Source of the DNA: a virus
Lineage: Duplodnaviria; Caudoviricetes
Virus record (IMG/VR): IMGVR_UViG_3300025314_000006
Strand: one strand, 5' to 3'
Length of the DNA: 64,000 bases
Positions 10,423 to 20,100 of this stretch are shown piece by piece. Position numbers and translations under genes: made by a program. Below the pieces are notes generated by a model. That model was given only the letters and a program-made list of their open reading frames with translations, had not been told where the DNA came from and did not search any database. The stretch's first letter is position 1; every line of letters starts with the position of its first letter.

Positions 10423-11451
10423 TTAATTTCCTAAAATTTTCCGTGAATACTCAGTTTCTTTGGCAACCAACCTAAAAAATGGCCGGAAGAAAAAATCCAT
10501 ATTTTCTTGCCATACTAATTTATTATAACCATCTTTTATCATCATTTTCATCGCATTTGATATGCTTCTTTGTGTAAAACTGTTGTCTTCTACAATTACA
10601 CATTCTCGTATGGTTTCAATTTCTTCAATAGCTTCTTCTGTTAAAAACGGATTATGTAAATCCATAAGCTTTTTATTACGCTCTATAGTTCTTCTGCATC
10701 CAATTATTTTTTCAAATAATTTTATTTTTTTATTTTGATATAATTCTACCGCTTCTTTAATAAATCGTTCGATGTCGTACACTTCATCAGCAAACCTTGG
10801 AAAGTATTTTAAAATGGATTTTTCAGCCACTCCGTCTACTCCTGGAATGCAATCTGATGTGTCTCCTTCAAAACATTTCATTATCAAAGAATTTTCCGGA
10901 ATATAACCAAACGTTTCTTTGAAGTTATTATATGTAATCAAGAAATTATCTGATGGTCTAAGAACCGAAACTCCTTCTGAAATTAACTGATAATAATCTT
11001 TATCAGAACTGAATATTACAATATTTTCTTCCGGCTCTTTTAAAAGAACATATTTTGCTATTAAATCATCCGCCTCAATCAAATTTACTTCTACTTGCCT
11101 AATATATAATTCTTCTAAATAATTTTTAACTTTTATTTTTTGAGTTAACTGGCTGTATTTTTTTGCAGCCTCATGACCGGTTTCTTCCTCTGTAAGAAGA
11201 TATGATTCTTCGTCCCAGCTTTTATCCCTATTTTCCTTGTAGTGAGGGTAGATATCGTGTCGGAATTTTCCGCCTGCGATTCCGTCCCACATCGCAACTA
11301 CGCGGTCCGGTGACTCTTTGTTTATCACAGCTCGTAGACTTTCTAAAAAACCAAAAGAACCTCCACAGTGTTCGCCTTTAGCAAACATGTTTTCTCTTTT
11401 TTTAAAATTTCTTTTAAGATTCCAATCCGAGTCCAAAATCAACACACGCAT
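10423..11451 (-). CDS. 5'-3' exonuclease / flap endonuclease (T4 RNase H, PolI N-terminal-like)
   Basis: Motifs 'MWDG...FRHDIYPHYKENR', 'EADDLIA', 'SSDKDYYQL', 'GDTSDCIPGVDGV'. Confidence 0.9.
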   Translation of the reverse strand: MRVLILDSDWNLKRNFKKRENMFAKGEHCGGSFGFLESLRAVINKESPDRVVAMWDGIAGGKFRHDIYPHYKENRDKSWDEESYLLTEEETGHEAAKKYSQLTQKIKVKNYLEELYIRQVEVNLIEADDLIAKYVLLKEPEENIVIFSSDKDYYQLISEGVSVLRPSDNFLITYNNFKETFGYIPENSLIMKCFEGDTSDCIPGVDGVAEKSILKYFPRFADEVYDIERFIKEAVELYQNKKIKLFEKIIGCRRTIERNKKLMDLHNPFLTEEAIEEIETIRECVIVEDNSFTQRSISNAMKMMIKDGYNKLVWQENMDFFFRPFFRLVAKETEYSRKILGN

Positions 11452-11466
11452 AATTTTATTTTTTAT

Positions 11467-12624
11467 TTAACTTCTTTTGATATTAGATTCTTTGAAAGTA
11501 TAATTTTGAAACTTTTCTTCATATTTTTCAGTGAAAGTGATGATTTTCTCATCATGTAATTTTTGTAATTCTTCAAAAGAAATTTTATCTATATCTATCA
11601 GTTCGTATGTAAAATTATTAAGTTCACAAAATTTTTCAGCAGCCAATTTTTTAGCAAGAACAGCTGGAGAATTATGTAATTTTTGTGGTTTACATTCAAT
11701 TATTCGTTTACCTTCAATTACAAAATCAGGAAAATAATTTCTTGTTTCACCAGTATAATCAATGTATTCGATTTTATATTTTTGAGATTCTCCTGTTTCC
11801 CATTTTAATTCTTCTTTTTCTATAACATTAATCATATAAGACAATTCTCTTAAACTTCTGAAAAACCAATTTTTATACCAACCAGACCAACCGTTACCGG
11901 AGCCATTTGGAGATGGTTTTCCAAACATTGGATTATTTTCTCCAGACGAATTTTTGCTTTGCAATTTTAACCACTCGTCATTTCTTTTATTTCCTTCTTC
12001 TTCTCCTAATTTTTTTATCCAAATATCTTTCAGAGTCCCTCTACCAAATGCTGGATTGTTTTCACCAGAAAGTTTTTCACTTATTTTTTTTCTAAACTCG
12101 TCTGTTTGTTGTCGCTCTTGAAAATTTGCCCAAGATTCTGATGTTTGATGTGAATTTTGTATTTTATTTATAGTTTCTTGTGAATGTGTTTTTCCATAAA
12201 ATGAATTTTTATCTCCTTTACTACCACAAGATTTACATAATCTTTTTTCTTTTTCAGCCTCATCTCTATCAAATTTTGCGACATATGATATTTCTTCTAC
12301 ACACTCTGGACAGTTTCTGTAATATTTTTGTTCTTTTTTATTTTTATAAAATTCTTTAATTAAAGGCTGTATGGATTTTACGAACTTTTCCCAACGCGCT
12401 CCATTTTTTTGAAATAAAATTATTATTTTATCATTTGTATCTGCGTCAAATTTGTGAAGATAAACTTCTTTCATCTTAATTTCATTTTCTTCAAAAAACC
12501 TATTATTAACACATTTTCTACAGAGTTTTTTCTTTCTTTCAGAATTGTTTCTGTTTTTTTTATTTGTGTAATAAATATTTTCATTACATTGAGGACAATT
12601 TCTTTCAAATTTTTCTTTTTCCAT
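11467..12624 (-). CDS. Homing endonuclease: Zn-finger repeats, NUMOD3 motifs, TnsA-like PD-(D/E)xK domain
   Basis: RNCPQC/RNCPEC fingers, 'FYGKTHSQET', 'GENNPMFG', 'YFPDFVIEGKRIIECKP'. Confidence 0.8.
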   Translation of the reverse strand: MEKEKFERNCPQCNENIYYTNKKNRNNSERKKKLCRKCVNNRFFEENEIKMKEVYLHKFDADTNDKIIILFQKNGARWEKFVKSIQPLIKEFYKNKKEQKYYRNCPECVEEISYVAKFDRDEAEKEKRLCKSCGSKGDKNSFYGKTHSQETINKIQNSHQTSESWANFQERQQTDEFRKKISEKLSGENNPAFGRGTLKDIWIKKLGEEEGNKRNDEWLKLQSKNSSGENNPMFGKPSPNGSGNGWSGWYKNWFFRSLRELSYMINVIEKEELKWETGESQKYKIEYIDYTGETRNYFPDFVIEGKRIIECKPQKLHNSPAVLAKKLAAEKFCELNNFTYELIDIDKISFEELQKLHDEKIITFTEKYEEKFQNYTFKESNIKRS

Positions 12625-12694
12625 GATTTATTTTTATTATAAATAGAATAATTATTCCAGAATCACTTCAACCTAAAAACATTTTTAACACCGG

Positions 12695-13741
12695 CTAATC
12701 ATTTCCATATTTATCCCAGTCTTTTGCAAATTTTAATTCCCAACTATCCTTGTGTTGCTTTTTATATTCATCAATTGCTTCTTTGCTATCCATAATAAAT
12801 CCGTGTGCTGTACAAATTATTTTTGCCTTAACAGAAACATTGGTAATGTGATTTTTTTCCACAACAATTGATGTTTTAATAGCATAAGCCATTTCTACGC
12901 CATCTTTTACCGCATAACACTTTGTTGAATTTGATAAAATTCCACCCATTCTTATTGATAAAGTGGCTGCTTTTAAAACGCCACGACCTCCGTATGGAGT
13001 CAATGTATTAGCCATTGTACCTTGATAAGCATGATTAACAACAAATAAAGTGGCATTATAAGGATATTCTTCTTTTCTTGTATCAGAAATTCTTTTTTCA
13101 ATTATTCGGTGAATTTGTTGTGTTAATAATTTTGCAGTTGCCATAATTGCACTAGTATCACCTTTTTCGTCCGCCCTTAGTTCTGCCCCCGAAATAACGT
13201 TTCCGATAGAATCCCAAACAAACACAATGTCAGTAGGAAGTCTTCCTTCTTTTTGATCTCTTAACCTTTCTTTAATAAACTCACAACAATCTTCTACTGT
13301 CTCTAATGAATCAACATATATCATATTATCTTTATCTACTCCCATAGTTTCAGCATGCTCCCAATTGAACTTTTTTTCAGTGTTGATTAATATTGGAAGT
13401 ATGCCTTTTTTTTGAGCATTTGCCATCAATTCTAATGCTACGCTCGATTTTCCAGAATCTTCGAAACCCCAGCAGGCTATTACCCTCCCTTCTGGGATCC
13501 CCGGTAATTGGGTGGTTTCCATAAATGCTTTACTCATAGGAATCCATGAATCTGGTTTGTAATTTACAATAGGAATTTTAATTTCTTTTTGATAATCCGC
13601 CAAAGAAAAATTACTTTTTGATTTTATTTTAATTTTCTTTGCTTCCTTCTCAGCCGGTTCATTCTCTCCAGAAAACTTTGCTTCCATTTCTGCCTGAGAT
13701 AATCCATCAACTACCTCATTGTCTTTTTTTGTTTTTGCCAT
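12695..13741 (-). CDS. recA: RecA/UvsX-like recombinase
   Basis: 'GIPEGR...GFEDSGKS' Walker A, 'INTEKK', 'VWDSIG', 'TPYGGRG'. Confidence 0.8.
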   Translation of the reverse strand: MAKTKKDNEVVDGLSQAEMEAKFSGENEPAEKEAKKIKIKSKSNFSLADYQKEIKIPIVNYKPDSWIPMSKAFMETTQLPGIPEGRVIACWGFEDSGKSSVALELMANAQKKGILPILINTEKKFNWEHAETMGVDKDNMIYVDSLETVEDCCEFIKERLRDQKEGRLPTDIVFVWDSIGNVISGAELRADEKGDTSAIMATAKLLTQQIHRIIEKRISDTRKEEYPYNATLFVVNHAYQGTMANTLTPYGGRGVLKAATLSIRMGGILSNSTKCYAVKDGVEMAYAIKTSIVVEKNHITNVSVKAKIICTAHGFIMDSKEAIDEYKKQHKDSWELKFAKDWDKYGND

Positions 13742-13768
13742 TTTTTTGCTCCTTATTTTAGTTAATTA

Positions 13769-14104
13769 TTATTCATTAATCTTTGGTTCGAATTTTACCC
13801 AGTCAAGACTTTTGTCATCTTTTGTTGTTAAGTACACCACGCTGGTATCTTTCTTTTGCTTTCCGAAATTCAAAGTTGACTTACATTTTTTACATCTCAC
13901 ATAAGCATATTCAAAATTATCTTCTTTCGTTACATGACCATGCAAGAACAAGTCATCATTTCCACATATTCCACATGTGTCAACGTCTCCAAATGATAAT
14001 TTTGAAGACTCTATTACCACCTCATGAAAAGAAGGTGCGGACAACATAAAAGTATAGACATTCTTGCCTATCTTTTTTTTAACAACCATTTCAATTTTTG
14101 CCAT
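13769..14104 (-). CDS. Hypothetical protein with CxxC...CxxC zinc-binding motif
   Basis: CGIC and CKKC motifs. Confidence 0.65.
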   Translation of the reverse strand: MAKIEMVVKKKIGKNVYTFMLSAPSFHEVVIESSKLSFGDVDTCGICGNDDLFLHGHVTKEDNFEYAYVRCKKCKSTLNFGKQKKDTSVVYLTTKDDKSLDWVKFEPKINE

Positions 14105-14250
14105 TTTATTATTTTAACCGGATAAGACCAGATTTTACATATGCAAATAAAACGAGTAGAAACATAAAAAGCAAGTTACATCACATTATTATTAAATTTA
14201 TTTTAAATGCGTTGTGTTTACTTTTTAAAAATAAAGTTTTTTATTACATA

Positions 14251-14766
14251 ATGGCAATACCAAAAATTAACAGATTTAATTCCAAGCCATTATATTATCT
14301 TCAAATGCTACATGAAGGAAATATTTTCACTTGGAAGATTGAGAACTTTACAATAACATCAACTCCTCGTTTTAATTTTATTTCAACAAATTTTGCCGAA
14401 GTTTCACATAAGGATGAAAATATTATAGAATTGGAATTAAATGCAGAATCATACTTAAATGATACACTTTTAACCAGAATTGTACTTGTAGAAAAAATTG
14501 GTAATAAAAAAGTAGAAATAGGAGACCCTTTGATAAGATGGGCACTTCATGATTTACAAAAAATTCCTTTTATAAATACAAGAGATTTTTTAATTAAAAC
14601 ATTAATAGAATCACCAGTGGAAAGAAAAATATTTTTAGAACAATGTGTATTGTTAAAATACCAGACATCAGATTTATGTGATTACAACCTTGAAGAACAG
14701 TTTGAACAAGTTCCAACCATTATAAAACTTAAATTAAAACCAAAAATCATAATGCAATATCCATAA
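14251..14766 (+). CDS. Hypothetical protein, weakly tail-tube-like (start moved to MAIPK at 14251)
   Basis: ATG at 14251; the upstream extension in the track overlaps an opposite-strand gene. Confidence 0.55.
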   Translation: MAIPKINRFNSKPLYYLQMLHEGNIFTWKIENFTITSTPRFNFISTNFAEVSHKDENIIELELNAESYLNDTLLTRIVLVEKIGNKKVEIGDPLIRWALHDLQKIPFINTRDFLIKTLIESPVERKIFLEQCVLLKYQTSDLCDYNLEEQFEQVPTIIKLKLKPKIIMQYP

Positions 14767-14768
14767 CT

Positions 14769-14796
14769 ACAACAAATGATAGGATTTTTCGTTTAA
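14769..14796 (+). promoter_or_regulatory. ECF-type promoter (AAC-N16-CGT)
   Basis: ACAACA-N15-CGTTTAA, 6 bp before the ATG at 14803. Confidence 0.7.
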
Positions 14797-14802
14797 ACAG
14801 TT

Positions 14803-15249
14803 ATGAAACAATCAACAATCAAAGAAAACCAAGAAAAAATAAAGGATACACCATGGACAAAACTTGGGATAAAGGTAGATTTATGTTCGTTTTTGACGAG
14901 GAAAGTGTTGGTTGAAAAGTTTTCTCCTCAAAAAGCTAAAAAAATAGAAATGCGTAATTTCTTTATTTCGAAGATTGATGGGTGTGAATTATACGTGAAT
15001 GATATCTATCCTTATTACATATTTTACATTAAAAATATCAATGGAAATAATGAGATTTTAATGGAAAAACATGAAAAAAGCAAGACGTTTTGCATAAAAT
15101 ATGATGGCATATGGTCAGTTTTTGAGAGCTTGTACATGCTCCAATATGATGAGATTCAGTCATTTACACAGATTACCTTTGATGAGCTCCTAAAATTACA
15201 AGGGTATAAAACCTGTCTTTTGATTTTCCCTGTTAATTGTTTTCTTTGA
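14803..15249 (+). CDS. Array-associated protein, paralog A (148 aa); C-terminus encoded by repeat 1 and spacer 1
   Basis: Clear paralog of 38516 and 42001; reads in frame through repeat 1 (FDELLKLQGYKT) and stops at a TGA inside repeat 2. Confidence 0.85.
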   Translation: MKQSTIKENQEKIKDTPWTKLGIKVDLCSFLTRKVLVEKFSPQKAKKIEMRNFFISKIDGCELYVNDIYPYYIFYIKNINGNNEILMEKHEKSKTFCIKYDGIWSVFESLYMLQYDEIQSFTQITFDELLKLQGYKTCLLIFPVNCFL

Positions 15250-15414
15250 TGAGCTCCTAAAATTACAAGGGTATAAAACAAAGGTGTTGCAAGATCAAAT
15301 CGTAAAATACTTTGATGAGCTCCTAAAATTACAAGGGTATAAAACGAGACCAGTTATCCGGGCAGGAAGCATAAATGACTTTGATGAGCTCCTAAAATTA
15401 CAAGGGTATAAAAC
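15177..15414 (+). CRISPR. CRISPR-like mini-array A: 4 repeats, 3 spacers
   Basis: Identical 36-nt repeat CTTTGATGAGCTCCTAAAATTACAAGGGTATAAAAC at 15177, 15244, 15310, 15379; unique spacers of 31, 30 and 33 nt. Confidence 0.75.
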
Positions 15415-15420
15415 TTAATT

Positions 15421-17097
15421 TCAAAAATTTGTAAAATCAACCTCTCCTTCTGCTATTCCGCATTCATATAAATTACTACCTTCTGAGGAACCTACTTGGA
15501 GGGAAATATTTGTAAAATCCGACAGAACACTCTTAATTTCTTCAATTATACTAAATTCTTCTGGATGAACATCAATTATGAAAGAGTCGTGTACCTGAAA
15601 TATAAATTTTGATTTTTTGTCTGCAAAAAACTTTCTTATAAGATAAAGTTTTTCTACCAAAATATCAGCAGCCATGGCTGATATAAAATTACTAAATGTA
15701 GCCCATGTTTTTTGTGGCTTAACAATGGTACTAAAACTATTTACTATATATCCTAATTCGTCATAAGAACATTGTATTTGTTTTGAAAATTCTATAATTG
15801 GGTTTAAAAATTCTCTCACTCTTAAAATTGCATCATTAACATCCGGAACTTCTTTTAATATTTTTTTTAACACTTCTTCTCCTCCACCATAAATTAATGT
15901 ATGATTAATAGATTTGCCAATAGAGCGTTCTTTTGCATTCACTTTTTTATTCTTAAAAATAACTTTTGCAGTTTCTTCATGCAAATCTTTATCTTTAAAT
16001 TTTTTTATAAAATCCTTATCCTGAGAAAAGAATAAAGCTAATTTTGTTTCAAAAGAAACATAATCCAATACAACTATTTTTCCGCCCTTAAATCTTGAAA
16101 CAATCATTTTTCTATCATTACTATCCTTTGCTAACATTTGAGGGTTAAACCTTCTATCAACACAGTTTATACGTCCAGTTATTGTTCTTTTATTGGAATA
16201 CAGCAATCTTACATATTGCATTCCATCAGAAGTCTTTTTAAAGTCTATTTTTTCATTTTCATATTTTTTATCGAAAAACAACTCTCTTTTAGAGAGCCAG
16301 TCAGTTATGATGTCTTTTTTATTTAATCTAATGATGTATGATTTTTCATGGTCAGTTATTTCCTGTCTTTTATATAATTCATGCATAACAAATGGAATAA
16401 ACCGGTCAGATTCAGTATCCATAATAAAATCATAGAAGTATTTCTCGGATATTTCTTCAAAATATCTTGACCAAAAAAGATTTTCTATAGTTTCAAAAAA
16501 CGGTTCATGCTTTTCTGTTAGATATGGGCTTACATTAGAATAACTTAAACAAATTGGAGAGTATTTTTCAATAATAGAAGTAACTGATTTTCTTATATCC
16601 ATTCCAAAATATCTCATGCTTTCAAGATTTATTCCTATTATTTTTTTGCAATCTTCTGAATTATACAAGTACATGGCCTTACCAGAAAAATATGCATAAA
16701 ATTTATATGGTTTAATAAAGTTTTTTTCCAAAAACTTGGATAATTTTCCATCCAAAATACAGTCATATGTAATGTATGTATCTGGCAACCAGTTTGATAT
16801 TATGTTCTTTATAAAGGTTTTTGTGTTTAATATAGTGTTCGACTTTTCTTCGGAAGTGCTGTAAGCCCAAGAAATGTTATTTGAAATTTTGTGCTGAGAA
16901 ACTCTCTGAGCCGGAAATAACTTTTTTACATATTCCCATCCAACTATTATAGTTGGTACATTTTCTTCTTCAATTTTTTTTTCAATGTCACAAAGAATAA
17001 TATCGACTCCAGAAGTAGAAAACTCCAAGCTAAATGCCAATAAATCCTCTTCTAAAAAAGTAAGTATTTTGCATATTTTTATTTCTTTGTTTAACAT
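15421..17097 (-). CDS. polA: Family A DNA polymerase (polymerase domain, divergent N-terminus)
   Basis: 'TITGR', motif A 'VLDYVSFE', 'DLHEETA', motif B 'RSIGKSINHTLIYGG', motif C 'QVHDS'. Confidence 0.85.
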   Translation of the reverse strand: MLNKEIKICKILTFLEEDLLAFSLEFSTSGVDIILCDIEKKIEEENVPTIIVGWEYVKKLFPAQRVSQHKISNNISWAYSTSEEKSNTILNTKTFIKNIISNWLPDTYITYDCILDGKLSKFLEKNFIKPYKFYAYFSGKAMYLYNSEDCKKIIGINLESMRYFGMDIRKSVTSIIEKYSPICLSYSNVSPYLTEKHEPFFETIENLFWSRYFEEISEKYFYDFIMDTESDRFIPFVMHELYKRQEITDHEKSYIIRLNKKDIITDWLSKRELFFDKKYENEKIDFKKTSDGMQYVRLLYSNKRTITGRINCVDRRFNPQMLAKDSNDRKMIVSRFKGGKIVVLDYVSFETKLALFFSQDKDFIKKFKDKDLHEETAKVIFKNKKVNAKERSIGKSINHTLIYGGGEEVLKKILKEVPDVNDAILRVREFLNPIIEFSKQIQCSYDELGYIVNSFSTIVKPQKTWATFSNFISAMAADILVEKLYLIRKFFADKKSKFIFQVHDSFIIDVHPEEFSIIEEIKSVLSDFTNISLQVGSSEGSNLYECGIAEGEVDFTNF

Positions 17098-17128
17098 AAA
17101 AACAAAGATAAGAAAATATTATGATTTT

Positions 17129-20100
17129 CTAAGTTGATGGTGTAATTAAATTACTTAAACCTAAATCTGTGTAAAATAATGATGAATTACGCGATTGTAT
17201 TGAGCCTGGAAATGTAGCTGGATTAGACATGTCAGCAAATCCTCCATATGGACCTAATTTTGCTAAATCTGGCCTATAATCGAAATGCCATTCTTCTCCT
17301 TTTACAGTACGAACGAATCCAAATTTCCAACTATTTTGAATTAACCATATATAAGTAGCGTCTTTTAGTGGAGAAGTGTGATTTTTATCAATATTTCTTG
17401 TCCCTGTATTTAAATCTAACGCAATACCATTTCCATGGTTAGACTGACCTGGCGCAGCGACATTAGCAAGGAAATATCCTTGAGTTTTATTTGGTGAAAT
17501 TTGAATGAATTTTTGAGGTTTTAATGTATCACTATCTACATTTACATTAATTCCTTGTGGATTTGTTATATTGTTTTGGTCTGGATAATTAGGTGTTTTT
17601 AAATTTGAAACTCTAAGAGTATGTTGACTTTCAGCTTTTACTAACACGCCTTTAGAAGACACAACGTTAAGATTTCCTCCAAATTGAGGTCTGAAACCGC
17701 TAATAATCCTAAAACTAATACCTTCTTTACTGGCAGCACTTTGCATTGTTAAATATGCTTTAGCTGTGACCATTTCAACGGGTCGACCATCAACTTGAAT
17801 TAATGTTATTGGTTTTTTATTGTTATTCAAGTAAGTTCCAGGTATTAAATCTAAATCTGAATTGTTTGGCACATCCTGAAATGGATTAAGTAATCCTTGT
17901 AAAACAGCTCCTTCAAATGATGTTGGAGAGGTTGTTCCAACATTTGGTTGAATAATTGAACTTTCCTCAGAACAAAGAGCTTTTAATGACTCAAGAGTAA
18001 TTGGTCCAATTCCTTTCATTGAAGTACCGTCAAATCTCATTTTTATTCCCTCAAATGTTGTAGACATATCATTCGGTTTTATAGAATGTGTCACATTCAT
18101 AATTTGATATAATCCAGAAAATATAGGGTGCTTTGCAACATGAAAATATTGCATAGGAGATATTTGTGCATTACCAATTACATCCACTTTCATTTTATAA
18201 CTCCTTCCTTCCATTACAGATAAAATACTACAATCAGTTGTAACCACCTTATTTGAATTGTCTTTATCAACTAATCTTTGTAAATTTAAAATACTTTCAG
18301 CAGTAGGTCTTGATTCATCTGTAGAAACATCTATGTTTTTGACCACTGGATTATCTGGTGAACCAAAATTAATTTCAAAAGCATCCATTTTTGAATTTTG
18401 TGCAACAGAAGTTAAACTTAATGATGTTCCATCATTTTCTTTTGTTCTATTTTCTGGAGTTGGAGTAAAGAGAACATGAAAAACATTGCCAATTTTTGGT
18501 TCTACATTATTTGATGGTTTAAAAATTTCAGATATGTTAGAATAATCAATATTTCCAGGAATTGGAATAAACATAAAATTGTTTTTTGTACATAATTGTT
18601 GAATTATGTTCAATAAAGTTGTGTTTGCATTTGGTTTATAAAGCGAGTCAATATTTATTATTGAATGGGCGACATTTGTTAATATAGCCGGTGGATTTAT
18701 TTTCTCCATCGGAAAATCATACTTAAATCCAGTTGATGAAGTTAATGTACCTAATGATGATTTTTCTCCAGGTAAATCTTCAACACTTCTCGATTTGGTT
18801 ATTTTTCCACCTTCAATTTCTTCGATTATTGTACCATATTCTTTTTCTAAAGTATCAGCTATTGTTTTAGGTTCTATTGGTTGATTTTTAGGTTTATTAG
18901 AGCCATCAGAAGACTTATTTGTATTAATACTTACGTTATCCATGCTATACCCCAAAACACCCCATTGGTGGAATATGTGATGCATCTGAATGTATAAAGA
19001 GTTTTCATTAGATTGAGCCCTACCAAGTACTTGACTTAAAATATTGTTTTTCTCATCTTCAAGCTTGCTCATTCTATTTTCAATATCAACACATATTTTT
19101 CTTAAAAATATTCTTTGGTTTTTGCCTCTAACATCAGTTGCGTTTTGTTTTGGTAAAAATAATCCCCACGTTAATCTCGGACTATTATCATCTGTAATTT
19201 GAGAATAAGCAAGATATGTTACTCCATTTCCAATATTATCTTGATCTATAATTTTATAATAATAAACTCCTTTACCATCATTTAACATAGAAACATCCGG
19301 ATAGCCATCTAATAAAGGAATTGATTTTAAGTTTTGCAATTTTGAATAATCAAATACGGTACAAAATGGTATATGCGAATTTATTGTTTTTACTCTTTGA
19401 AATTCGTCTTTATTTTGTTCTTCATCAGAATTTCCATTAGATATTTTTACTACTCCTAACGGCTCTTCTGTTTCTTTGTGCTTTTTATCACTAAACTCTG
19501 AATCAGTATCACTATTTTGTACACCATCTATTGCTCCTTGATCAGATGATTTATCAAAAATAACAAAACTATATTTTATTTTGTTTAAAGGAGTGTCTGA
19601 TAATGGATTTAAAAACGAATCTATTGACGTCAATGTTTTGTATGCGTCAATATCTGGAATCATCCATAATGTATTGTTGTTATATAAATATTTAGCGGTG
19701 AAATCATCATAATTTATACTGTCAGAAATTTCTCTTGTATATGTTGCATCACTTCCTGGATAAAAAATTGATTTTGTATTTCCTGTTCCTAAAAAATTTT
19801 TAAACATAGAATCTACAGTTCCTAAAAATTCTTTTGACTCTCCAGTTCCTTTTGCAATAACTGCGTGTGTCTTTATTGTTTGTATTGGAGTTTTTGATAC
19901 TTTAACTATTTCGGTTTCTGTATTAGAATTTATTCCATACATATAAAGTCCTTCCCCATCTGAAGTAAGTAAATTATTTATAAATCTACAAAACTTTTTA
20001 ACATAACCATAATCTTCTGTTGTTAGGGATGAAAGAATCACATCTGTTATGTTTTTTAATTCTTTATCCGCAAGTTTTTCTATTTGATCTGGACTATCAT

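Noticed and set aside
14852-14914. Alternative-frame peptide MDKTWDKGRFMFVFDEESVG* present in all three array ORFs
   Set aside because: Differences between copies are mostly synonymous in the long ORF frame and non-synonymous in this one
15285-15295. Spacer A2 shares TGTTGCAAGAT with the ECF promoter at 31457
   Set aside because: Only 11 nt in AT-rich DNA, and the flanks do not match; likely chance
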